From Macrostomum hystrix (Eukaryota; Animalia; Platyhelminthes), in assembly GCA_950097015.1 (NCBI GenBank), contig CATNEN010000024.1:4092001-4156000 (forward strand): 64,000 nucleotides of DNA, read 5' to 3'. This document shows, piece by piece, positions 34,601 through 46,164 of this stretch (within the stretch, counting starts at the first letter, position 1; each line of letters begins with the position of its first letter). The notes beneath the pieces are model-generated. The model saw only the letters and a list, made by a program, of their open reading frames with translations. It was not told the DNA's origin and did no database searches. The position numbers and the translations under genes were made by a program.

Positions 34601-37600
34601 TGATTAGCCATTATTGAACTCTAGGTGGGATGATTAGCCACTATTGAACTCTAGGTGGATGATTAGCCAGTTATTGGAACTCTAGGTGGGATGATTAGCC
34701 ACTTATTGAACTCTAGGTGGCATGATTAGCCACTTATTGAACTCTAGGTGGATGATTAGCCAGTATTGAACTCTAGGTGGGATGATTAGCCACTTATTGA
34801 ACTCTAGGTGGGATGATTAGCCACTTATTGTACTCTAGGTGGGATGATTAGCCACTTATTTGAACTCTAGGTGGATGATTAGCCCACTTATTGAACTCTA
34901 GGTGGGATGATTAGCCACTTATTGAACTCTAGGTGGGATGATTAGCCACTTATTGAACTCTAGGTGGATGATTAGCCACTTATTGAACTCTAGGTGGGAT
35001 GATTAGCCACTTATTGTACTCTAGGTGGCAATGATTAGCCACTTATTGAACTCTAGTGGGATGATTAGCCACTTATTGAACTCTAGGTGGGATGATTAGC
35101 CACTTATTGTACTCTAGGTGGGATGATTAGCCACTTATTGTACTCTAGGTGGGATGATTAGCCACTTATTGTACTCTAGGTGGGATGATTAGCCACGTTA
35201 TTGAACTCTAGGTGGCATGATTAGCCACTTATTGAACTCTAGGTGGCATGATTAGCCACTTATTGAACTCTAGGTGGATGATTAGCCACTTATTGACTCT
35301 AGGTGGGATGATTAGCCACTTATTGTAACTCTAGGTGGATGATTAGCCACTTATTGTACTCTAGGTGGGATGATTAGCCACTTATTGTACTCTAGGTGGC
35401 ATGATTAGCCACTTATTGTAACTCTAGGTGGCATGATTAGCCACTTATTGAACTCTAGGTGGGATGATTAGCCACTTATTGTAACTCTAGGTGGGATGAT
35501 TAGCCAGTTATTGAACTCTAGGTGGGATGATTAGCCACTTATTGTACTCTAGGTGGGATGATTAGCCACTTATTGTACTCTAGGTGGGATGATTAGCCAC
35601 TTATTGAACTCTAGGTGGCATGATTAGCCACTTATTGAACTCTAGGTGGGATGATTAGCCACTTATTGTACTCTAGGTGGGATGATTAGCCAGTTATTGT
35701 ACTCTAGGTGGCATGATTAGCCACTTATTGAACTCTAGGTGGCATGATTAGCCACTTATTGTACTCTAGGTGGGATGATTAGCCACTTATTGTACTCTAG
35801 GTGGGATGATTAGCCACTTATTGATACTCTAGGTGGATGATTAGCCACTTATTGAACTCTAGGTGGGATGATTAGCCACTTATTGAACTCTAGGTGGGAT
35901 GATTAGCCACTTATTGTACTCTAGGTGGGATGATTAGCCACTTATTGTACTCTAGGTGGGATGATTAGCCACTTATTGAACTCTAGGTGGGATGATTAGC
36001 CACTTATTGTACTCTAGGTGGCATGATTAGCCACTTATTGAACTCTAGGTGGGATGATTAGCCACTTATTGTACTCTAGGTGGGATGATTAGCCACTTAT
36101 TGAACTCTAGGTGGGATGATTAGCCACTTATTGTAACTCTAGGTGGGATGATTAGCCACTTATTGTAACTCTAGGTGGATGATTAGCCACTTATTGTACT
36201 CTAGGTGGGATGATTAGCCACTTATTGTACTCTAGGTGGGATGATTAGCCACTTATTGTACTCTAGGTGGGATGATTAGCCAGTTATTGTACTCTAGGTG
36301 GGATGATTAGCCACTTATTGAACTCTAGGTGGCATGATTAGCCACTTATTGAACTCTAGGTGGGATGATTAGCCACTTATTGTACTCTAGGTGGATGATT
36401 AGCCACTTATTGTACTCTAGGTGGGATGATTAGCCACTTATTGTACTCTAGGTGGGATGATTAGCCACTTATTGTAACTCTAGGTGGCATGATTAGCCAC
36501 TTATTGAACTCTAGGTGGCATGATTAGCCACTTATTGTAACTCTAGGTGGGATGATTAGCCAGTTATTGAACTCTAGGTGGGATGATTAGCCACTTATTG
36601 TACTCTAGGTGGATGATTAGCCACTTATTGTAACTCTAGGTGGGATGATTAGCCACTTATTGTACTCTAGGTGGGATGATTAGCCACTTATTGTACTCTA
36701 GGTGGGATGATTAGCCACTTATTGTACTCTAGGTGGGATGATTAGCCACTTATTGTACTCTAGGTGGGATGATTAGCCACTTATTGAACTCTAGGTGGGA
36801 TGATTAGCCACTTATTGTACTCTAGGTGGGATGATTAGCCACTTATTGTACTCTAGGTGGGATGATTAGCCACTTATTGTACTCTAGGTGGGATGATTAG
36901 CCAGTTATTGACTCTAGGTGGGATGATTAGCCACTTATTGTACTCTAGGTGGGATGATTAGCCAGTTATTGTACTCTAGGTGGGATGATTAGCCACTTAT
37001 TGTACTCTAGGTGGCATGATTAGCCACTTATTGTACTCTAGGTGGGATGATTAGCCACTTATTGTACTCTAGGTGGGATGATTAGCCAGTTATTGAACTC
37101 TAGGTGGGATGATTAGCCAGTTATTGAACTCTAGGTGGGATGATTAGCCACTTATTGTACTCTAGGTGGGATGATTAGCCACTTATTGTACTCTAGGTGG
37201 GATGATTAGCCAGTTATTGTACTCTAGGTGGGATGATTAGCCACTTATTGTAACTCTAGGTGGGATGATTAGCCACGTTATTGTACTCTAGGTGGGATGA
37301 TTAGCCACTTATTGAACTCTAGGTGGGATGATTAGCCACTTATTGAACTCTAGGTGGGATGATTAGCCACTTATTGTACTCTAGGTGGGATGATTAGCCA
37401 CTTATTGTACTCTAGGTGGGATGATTAGCCAGTTATTGTACTCTAGGTGGGATGATTAGCCACTTATTGTACTCTAGGTGGGATGATTAGCCACTTATTG
37501 TACTCTAGGTGGGATGATTAGCCACTTATTGTACTCTAGGTGGGATGATTAGCCAGTTATTGAACTCTAGGTGGGATGATTAGCCACTTATTGAACTCTA

Positions 37601-40415
37601 GGTGGGATGATTAGCCACTTATTGTACTCTAGGTGGGATGATTAGCCAGTTATTGTACTCTAGGTGGGATGATTAGCCACTTATTGAACTCTAGGTGGGA
37701 TGATTAGCCACTTATTGTACTCTAGGTGGGTTGATTAGCCACTTATTGTACTCTAGGTGGGATGATTAGCCACTTATTGTACTCTAGGTGGGATGATTAG
37801 CCACTTATTGTACTCTAGGTGGGATGATTAGCCAGTTATTGTACTCTAGGTGGCATGATTAGCCACTTATTGAACTCTAGGTGGCATGATTAGCCACTTA
37901 TTGTACTCTAGGTGGGATGATTAGCCACTTATTGAACTCTAGGTGGGATGATTAGCCAGTTATTGTACTCTAGGTGGGATGATTAGCCACTTATTGTACT
38001 CTAGGTGGGATGATTAGCCAGTTATTGAACTCTAGGTGGCATGATTAGCCACTTATTGTACTCTAGGTGGGATGATTAGCCACTTATTGTACTCTAGGTG
38101 GGATGATTAGCCAGTTATTGAACTCTAGGTGGGATGATTAGCCACTTATTGTACTCTAGGTGGGATGATTAGCCACTTATTGAACTCTAGGTGGGATGAT
38201 TAGCCACTTATTGTACTCTAGGTGGGATGATTAGCCACTTATTGTACTCTAGGTGGGATGATTAGCCACTTATTGTACTCTAGGTGGGATGATTAGCCAG
38301 TTATTGAACTCTAGGTGGGATGATTAGCCACTTATTGAACTCTAGGTGGGATGATTAGCCAGTTATTGTACTCTAGGTGGGATGATTAGCCACTTATTGT
38401 ACTCTAGGTGGGATGATTAGCCACTTATTGTACTCTAGGTGGGATGATTAGCCAGTTATTGAACTCTAGGTGGGATGATTAGCCACTTATTGAACTCTAG
38501 GTGGGATGATTAGCCACTTATTGTACTCTAGGTGGGATGATTAGCCACTTATTGTACTCTAGGTGGGATGATTAGCCAGTTATTGAACTCTAGGTGGGAT
38601 GATTAGCCAGTTATTGTACTCTAGGTGGGATGATTAGCCACTTATTGTACTCTAGGTGGGATGATTAGCCACTTATTGTACTCTAGGTGGGATGATTAGC
38701 CACTTATTGTACTCTAGGTGGGATGATTAGCCACTTATTGAACTCTAGGTGGGATGATTAGCCACTTATTGTACTCTAGGTGGGATGATTAGCCACTTAT
38801 TGTACTCTAGGTGGGATGATTAGCCACTTATTGTACTCTAGGTGGGATGATTAGCCAGTTATTGTACTCTAGGTGGCATGATTAGCCACTTATTGAACTC
38901 TAGGTGGCATGATTAGCCACTTATTGAACTCTAGGTGGCATGATTAGCCACTTATTGTACTCTAGGTGGGATGATTAGCCAGTTATTGTACTCTAGGTGG
39001 CATGATTAGCCAGTTATTGAACTCTAGGTGGGATGATTAGCCACTTATTGAACTCTAGGTGGGATGATTAGCCACTTATTGTACTCTAGGTGGGATGATT
39101 AGCCAGTTATTGTACTCTAGGTGGCATGATTAGCCACTTATTGTACTCTAGGTGGGATGATTAGCCAGTTATTGTACTCTAGGTGGGATGATTAGCCACT
39201 TATTGTACTCTAGGTGGGATGATTAGCCACTTATTGAACTCTAGGTGGGATGATTAGCCACTTATTGTACTCTAGGTGGGATGATTAGCCACTTATTGAA
39301 CTCTAGGTGGGATGATTAGCCACTTATTGTACTCTAGGTGGGATGATTAGCCACTTATTGTACTCTAGGTGGGATGATTAGCCAGTTATTGAACTCTAGG
39401 TGGGATGATTAGCCACTTATTGAACTCTAGGTGGCATGATTAGCCACTTATTGAACTCTAGGTGGCATGATTAGCCACTTATTGAACTCTAGGTGGGATG
39501 ATTAGCCAGTTATTGAACTCTAGGTGGCATGATTAGCCACTTATTGAACTCTAGGTGGCATGATTAGCCACTTATTGAACTCTAGGTGGGATGATTAGCC
39601 ACTTATTGAACTCTAGGTGGCATGATTAGCCACTTATTGAACTCTAGGTGGCATGATTAGCCACTTATTGAACTCTAGGTGGCATGATTAGCCACTTATT
39701 GAACTCTAGGTGGCATGATTAGCCACTTATTGAACTCTAGGTGGGATGATTAGCCACTTATTGAACTCTAGGTGGCATGATTAGCCACTTATTGAACTCT
39801 AGGTGGCATGATTAGCCACTTATTGAACTCTAGGTGGCATGATTAGCCACTTATTGAACTCTAGGTGGCATGATTGGCCACTTATTGAACTCTAGGTGGG
39901 ATGATTAGCCACTTATTGAACTCTAGGTGGGATGATTAGCCAGTTATTGAACTCTAGGTGGCATGATTGGCCACTTATTGAACTCTAGGTGGGATGATTA
40001 GCCACTTATTGAACTCTAGGTGGCATGATTAGCCACTTATTGAACTCTAGGTGGCATGATTAGCCACTTATTGAACTCTAGGTGGGATGATTAGCCACTT
40101 ATTGAACTCTAGGTGGGATGATTAGCCACTTATTGAACTCTAGGTGGGATGATTAGCCAGTTATTGAACTCTAGGTGGCATGATTGGCCACTTATTGAAC
40201 TCTAGGTGGGATGATTAGCCACTTATTGAACTCTAGGTGGCATGATTAGCCACTTATTGAACTCTAGGTGGCATGATTAGCCACTTATTGAACTCTAGGT
40301 GGCATGATTAGCCACTTATTGAACTCTAGGTGGGATGATTAGCCACTTATTGTACTCTAGGTGGCATGATTAGCCACTTATTGAACTCTAGGTGGCATGA
40401 TTAGCCACTTATTGA
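28700..40415. repeat. Large satellite array, 31-bp unit CTCTAGGTGGSATGATTAGCCASTTATTGWA, ~378 copies (11.7 kb)
   Basis: Continuous periodicity with a few variable positions (GGG/GGC, CAC/CAG, GAA/GTA, ACT/AAT) and occasional 26-bp deleted units. Confidence 0.99.
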
Positions 40416-40662
40416 CCTTTGAATTGTCTCTTTTTTTTAATCGTGCTTGACAATATTGGCAGTAATTTTAAAAATTGGAAAAGCATTTTTTAGCAATAAT
40501 GCTTTCTTCGCGTCAAGCATTTGCGTACTATACTACCTACAGTTGCTTGTTTTTGCTGCTACGATTATGATGTTGATAGTAAAAAAAACAATTAAATACG
40601 GCTTCAAGCCTTATTGCTGACATCTACCTGTTGTGTTATCTGTTTCTCATTTCTTAACAAAC

Positions 40663-40946
40663 CTATCCATTAGCCCTACATGACCCTATCCATTAGCCCT
40701 ACATGACCCTATCCATTAGCCCTACATGACCCTATCCATTAGCCCTACATGACCCTATCCATTAGCCCTACATGACCCTATCCATTAGCCCTACATGACC
40801 CTATCCATTAGCCCTACATGACCCTATCCATTAGCCCTACATGACCCTATCCATTAGCCCTACATGACCATATCCATTAGCCCTACATGACCCTATCCAT
40901 TAGCCCTACATGACCCTATCCATTAGCCCTACATGACCCTATCCAA
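40663..40946. repeat. Minisatellite, 23-bp unit CCCTATCCATTAGCCCTACATGA, ~12 copies
   Basis: Periodicity read directly; terminates in an inverted partial copy (40946-40957). Confidence 0.96.
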
Positions 40947-41002
40947 TAGGGTCATGTCATATCCATTAGGATTTTTATGTACTTTTGCACTAAATCTTGC
41001 AG

Positions 41003-44000
41003 GAGCGAAAGCGGCGAAGCGGCACTTTTCAGTCATCCTGGCGTCGGCTTGAGAACTTCTTGAAGCCGCTGATGCGCGACAGTGGCGACGCTGTCCTATT
41101 GCGTCGGCTGCGTCGGCACTACGAAGACGCCGTGTCGACAGCGTCAGCGGCTCCCTCGTCGGCGCGCTCAAAGACCGGCGCCAAAGAATCGACCGAGTTC
41201 TCGGCTAGCGCCGCTCATCGAATGGTCGAACAGTTGATTTCGGAGGCCAACAAACGGCGCGGCGCCAATGTCTACCGTCTAGTGGCCATTCTTGACGCTC
41301 AACTAGAAGAGCTGGCTGCTGAGGCGAAGACTGCATTGTCGTCAACAGCAGCGGACAGCGACGATAAGGAAGAAGATTTGCCTGACGATGACCAGGAAGA
41401 AGAAGAAGAAGATTCGCCCTTGGCAGCAGCGTCCACTGTTGCTAAGCGTCGCATTGTGCCAACCCGTCTGTCATCCGAGGTGTCCGCCATGCAGACTCCC
41501 TGGCAGCGGCTGGCTTCGCAGGTGTCGGCCAGCGATTTTGACGACGCCGAATCTGGCGACGACAGTGACGGCGATGCCGACACTGGGCTGAGCGGTGAGG
41601 CCCGCTCGATGGCGCGAACTCTTCAAGGCTGTCTGGCCAGCATTCTAGCTAAAATACGGCGCTTAGAGCTTCAAGAGCTCAGCCTAGAGGATCTGGATAG
41701 TCAGGACAGCGCCTACTTGCGCGCCGAGCGACTCCAGCGTCAGGCGTGCGACGTCTACAGGCGGCTGTGCCGGCTGCGCGGCGCGCCCAGCGCCGAACAG
41801 TTCAGCTACCGGTGCGGCCACCACCCGCAGATTGGCCGTCTGATCTGTCGCTACGTGAATCACCAAGGCAGATTTCCAGATCTGCATAAGGTGGCCAAAG
41901 TGGTGGGCTGGGTTAATCGCCGCTATAAGCTCCGCTGGTCCAAGGCTGTGGTGGCGCAGCGGGCCGAGCAAATCTTTCGCGACGTCGGCGAACAACTGCA
42001 GCAGCGTCGGTGGCGTCAGCTGCGACAGAATCTGTGCCTGGACCAGGCTGACGGGTAAGGCTTTGTTGACAATCAGTGCTTTCCAAATCCCGTAGCCGCT
42101 TTTGAAATCCCCTTTTTACGGAAAAAAATCCCCGACAGTCGCTTACTAAACCCCTTCCCTTTGACAGAATCCCCTACCGACGTTTTAAAATCCCCTTTCT
42201 ACTGCGCTAAATATCCCCTACAACCGCATCCCCTTTCTGTGGTGGACAGTGGCAGAGCGGTCTAACGCGTTTGTCTCTCGCACCAAGGTCCCTGAGTTCG
42301 ATTCCGCGGCGAGGCCACATTCATTAGGGGCGCAGCCGCGGAGAGAAGGCTTTGGAGGCTTGTCGTGCAATTTACGCCCTTGAGGGCCAACCTCCAAGGC
42401 ACAGTGAGACTGAGAGTGTACACTGCCTGACGATGAGAAAGTCAGGGCAGATGTGCACACCTGTGTGAGACACCCACTCAGGTTTCAGCCTTGGTTAAAC
42501 GCTGGTATCTTTTTTTCTGGCTAAACAACTGAAGCAAAGGTAAATTTTATTTATTGCTTTAGAAGTCAGATTACTTCACTGTGGCTGGGATTCGAACTCG
42601 AGACCTCTCGGTTAGCACTAAACAATGCACTGAAAGCACTCTTTAAAATTAAAGCTACTCCATATCTCATCCAGAAGCCGGGATGCCGCCGAGGCCGTCG
42701 CCGACCCCGCCGACTCCGATCCGGCGCTGCGCCGCCGCCTGGACGCCAGCCTGGCCACCGGGGCGGCCCGCCTAGCCGAGGTGATGCGCAGCTTCGCCGC
42801 GATGCCCGAGCGTCCGGGCGCCCAGGAGGCCGATTCGGGCAGCGAGCCTTCTTCGGACGAAGATCAAGACGAGGAAAGCGACCAAGAGATGAATGGGGAC
42901 GATGGGAACGACGGAAAGCAGCAGGACGCGGAGGCCGAGGCGATGGATGTGGACGAGGCTAACGAAGCACCTGTGCAATTGGCCACAGCGGCTGAAGCGA
43001 CCGCCAGTGCAGACGATGAGCTGGTAATTACGGAGCCGGAGGTTGTGACTGAGATGGCCCCGGCCGACTCCGTTGCCAAAATCGCTCCCTCCGGTGCCAC
43101 CAACGGCACTCTGACGCCCTTGGAGCAGCAGCAGCCGTCAATGCCGACTACCTCGCGGCCACCAACACCGCCGCCACCGCAGCCACCGCCGCAGTCATCG
43201 TCCTCTGTGGTTAGCTGCGGTAGCAATCCGATGCGAACAGCCGACCGCCTGGCCAAGGCGGTGCTGCGGTTTGCCGCCGTCGGATGCGGCTCGTTGCGCA
43301 ATTCTTTGTCGACGCCTGGCGCTAGCCTGGAGCGCATCAACCATTTCACAGATCAGAGTCAATCGATTTCCTATCAGCGACTGCCGATGTCAGGCCAGGT
43401 GCAACCAGCACCTAGCCATGAGCGACCGATGCCTACTCAGAGACAACCGATTCAGAGTCAGCGGCAGCCAACTCCGAGTCTGGGACAACCGATTCAAAGT
43501 CAGCGGCAGCCAACTCCGAGTCTGGGACAACCGATTCAAAGTCAGCGGCAGCCAACGCCGAGTCTGGGACAACCGATTCAAAATCAGCGGCAGCCAACTC
43601 CGAGTCTGGGACAACCGATTCAAAGTCAGCGGCAGCCAACGCCGAGTCTGGGACAACCGATTCAAAGTCAGCGGCAGCCAACGCCGAGTCTGGGACAACC
43701 GATTCAAAGTCAGCGGCAGCCAACGCCGAGTCTGGGACAACCGATTCAAAGTCAGCGGCAGCCAACTCCGAGTCTGGGGCAACCGATCCAAAGTCAGCGG
43801 CAGCCAACTTCAAGCCAGAAGCAACCGTTCTCCAACCAGCTACAGCTTGGTCAGGAGCAACTCCCGCAGTCAGGGCCGCAGATTCAGCAAACACAGTCAG
43901 TCCGTGATCGACGAGCCCCGGTTGTGTCCGGCGTCGCTTCAGTTGCGCCGTCCGGCTCGCGGCGTCCGACTAGCGAGCAACGGCGCCGACGTCTGGCGGA

Positions 44001-44058
44001 AGCTGTTCGACGCGCCATCGCGGACATGCCGCAACCGGAGGTTATCATCATCGACTGA
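41003..44058 (+). CDS. DAXX: Death domain-associated protein DAXX (H3.3 chaperone), 2 visible exons, ~812 aa; start codon not resolved
   Basis: Exons 41003-42054 and 42675-44058 (phase 2, in frame). Helical-bundle-like N-terminal region; histone-binding domain IRRLELQELSLEDLDSQDSAYL...FPD...FRDVGEQLQQRR...DPADSDPALRRRL; acidic tract; C-terminal SUMO-interacting motif PEVIIID. Confidence 0.9.
42241..42468 (+). mobile_element. SINE family A copy, 3'-truncated, in the DAXX intron
   Basis: A box TGGCAGAGCGG, B box AGTTCGATTCC, and body matching 27494-27857. Confidence 0.9.
42578..42645 (-). mobile_element. Possible tRNA-derived head fragment of a third SINE
   Basis: B-box-like GAGTTCGAATCCC on the minus strand; no clear A box or cloverleaf. 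Confidence 0.4.
43444..43810 (+). repeat. Coding minisatellite, 42-bp unit encoding QPIQSQRQPTPSLG, 8 full copies plus 1 partial, inside DAXX exon 2
   Basis: In frame and stop-free between the acidic region and the terminal SIM. Confidence 0.93.
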
Positions 44059-44167
44059 CGGACTCGATTGGGTCTCACTCATTTTTATTCAATACTTTCC
44101 TTACATTCTGTTTTACTGCTCGGTATTTGAGAAATCTGGCCTCTTATTAGATCTCAATCAGATGATT

Positions 44168-44395
44168 CCTATCAGCAATGACTCATCTCATGATCCCTAT
44201 CAGCAATGACTCATCTCATGATCCCTGTCAGCAATTACTCACTCACATGATCCCTATCAGCAATGACTCGCTCTCATGATCCCTGTCAGCAATGACTCAC
44301 TCTCATGATCCCTATCAGCAATGACTCATCTCATGATCCCTATAAGCAATGACTCATCTCATGATCCCTATCAACAGTCACTCATTCTCATGATC
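44168..44395. repeat. Minisatellite, 28-bp unit TATCAGCAATGACTCATCTCATGATCCC, ~8 copies
   Basis: Periodicity read directly; starts ~110 nt after the DAXX stop. Confidence 0.92.
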
Positions 44396-45087
44396 TTTAT
44401 AAGCGATGATTATCATGTTTTACACTTTAGGCAGCTGTTAAAGTATTCTGCTTAAGAAATATATTTCGAAAAAATGATTTGCTAATCAACTTTCTATTCA
44501 AAGCATTCTAAAAGTTTGCTCAAATAACTGTGTTGATAGTTTGTGCTAATAGATACTTGATATTCTTCCCGCAAGCCCACATTATTGAATTGGCTTTTTT
44601 CAATTATTGACTGCCTTCCGTGTATCTGCATTTTTAGTTGCTGCTGAGCTAAAAAAGGACTGAATCTTTAAAATCTTTAAATAGTTGATTCTATCAATCC
44701 GTACAATATTACTAGAAGCATACGCTCGTACATAGATAACAACATAAAAATATCTGAAAATTATTCAGTATGGAATTGAAAGTGCTTTAGTTAAACCATT
44801 ATTTATTTCTGACAATAGGCTTCATGCATACTCGTAATGAATAAGAAATTCTGTATAAATATAATTTTACCCATTTTTCTATCTTTTATTTTGCTTCTTT
44901 GATGTCAAAATATTGTATATTTTGTTCTTATAATATAACTGATTATTTGACCGCTTTGGCAAACTAGTAATTTTACTAACAAGTGTAAATCAACTAATTA
45001 AAACACTAGAAGCATAGGGTTTTAAATTGTTATTTTTTGCTCAAATACTACTACTACGAAAGATAGAGCTAGAGCTTCACCGCCTCT

Positions 45088-45612
45088 TATCTAGAGATTC
45101 AATCTTAAATCTGTTCCTAAACATCAATAGGGTATCTAGAGATTCAATCTTAAATCTGTTCCTAAACATCAATAGGGTATCTAGAGATTCAATCTTAAAT
45201 TTATTCCTGAACATCTATAGGTTATCTAGAGATTCAATCTTGGATCTATTCCTAAACATCTATAGGATATCTAGAGATTCAATCTTGGATCTGTTCCTAA
45301 ACATCTATAGGATATCTACAGATTCAATCTTGGATCTGTTCCTAAACATCTATAGGATATCTACAGATTCAATCTTAAATCTATTCCTAAACATCTATAG
45401 GTTATCTAGAGATTCAATCTTGGATCTATTCCTAAACATCTATAGGATATCTAGAGATTCAATCTTGGATCTATTCCTAAACATCTATAGGATATCTACA
45501 GATTCAATCTTAAATCTATTCCTAAACATCTATAGGTTATCTAGAGATTCAATCTTGGATCTATTCCTAAACATCTATAGGATATCTAGAGATTCAATCT
45601 TGGATCTATTTC
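45088..45612. repeat. Minisatellite, 45-bp unit TCTAGAGATTCAATCTTRRATCTRTTCCTAAACATCTATAGGDTA, ~11.5 copies
   Basis: Periodicity read directly. Confidence 0.95.
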
Positions 45613-46164
45613 TGTATCCCTCCTAAGATGTGTAAAATTTAGCTTCATGAGGTCACCAAGTTATTAAACAGTAATTTAAAGTCTGTAAAGGATATCCGTG
45701 CATGTGTACTAAACAGTGTACTAAACAATTTGAGCTGGTCATTTTCCTGGGCTATGCCTGACTGGTTATAGGCAGTGTTTTTTCTCACACAAGAATGCAC
45801 AAAAAACCGCGGCCTAGCTTTGGAGCGGACGAAACTCGGGATTAATTCCGCCTGGTGACACACGGGGCGGACGTTGCCGGCGCCTCAACTTTTGAATCCC
45901 ACCCCCTTGGACAACGGCTATAGGCGAATTTATCCCACTATCTCTTCCGTCTTGCCTATCAGTCTCTGCCGCAGTCCCCGTATCTCTCTATATATGGTTA
46001 ATCAGAGCTTATGAGTTTGATCGATTTTCAGCATAGAAGTAACTAATAGTGTATACGGGCAATATTGGGATTATAGGTCCCTGATCCCAGCCTGGAAAAC
46101 TGAAATGAAGCGTCTAGGCGACCCCCCGATGCAGATGTGCACTTCACAAGCGCCACTTGTGAAG

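Noticed and set aside
33770-37280. Cluster of single-base indel variants in the satellite centre (GTGGATG, TTGTAACT, TTGGAAC and others)
   Set aside because: The pattern of scattered 1-bp indels is typical of low-coverage long-read consensus error, so it is not treated as biological. It also means array length and structure here are uncertain.
28700-40415. CRISPR-like appearance of the 31-bp and other 20-55 bp arrays
   Set aside because: Units are head-to-tail with no unique spacers, there are no cas genes, and the context is eukaryotic.
45800-46010. GC-richer patch ending in TATATA, a possible GPCR promoter or ncRNA
   Set aside because: It is 5 kb from the GPCR ATG, with no diagnostic RNA motif; it cannot be supported from sequence alone.
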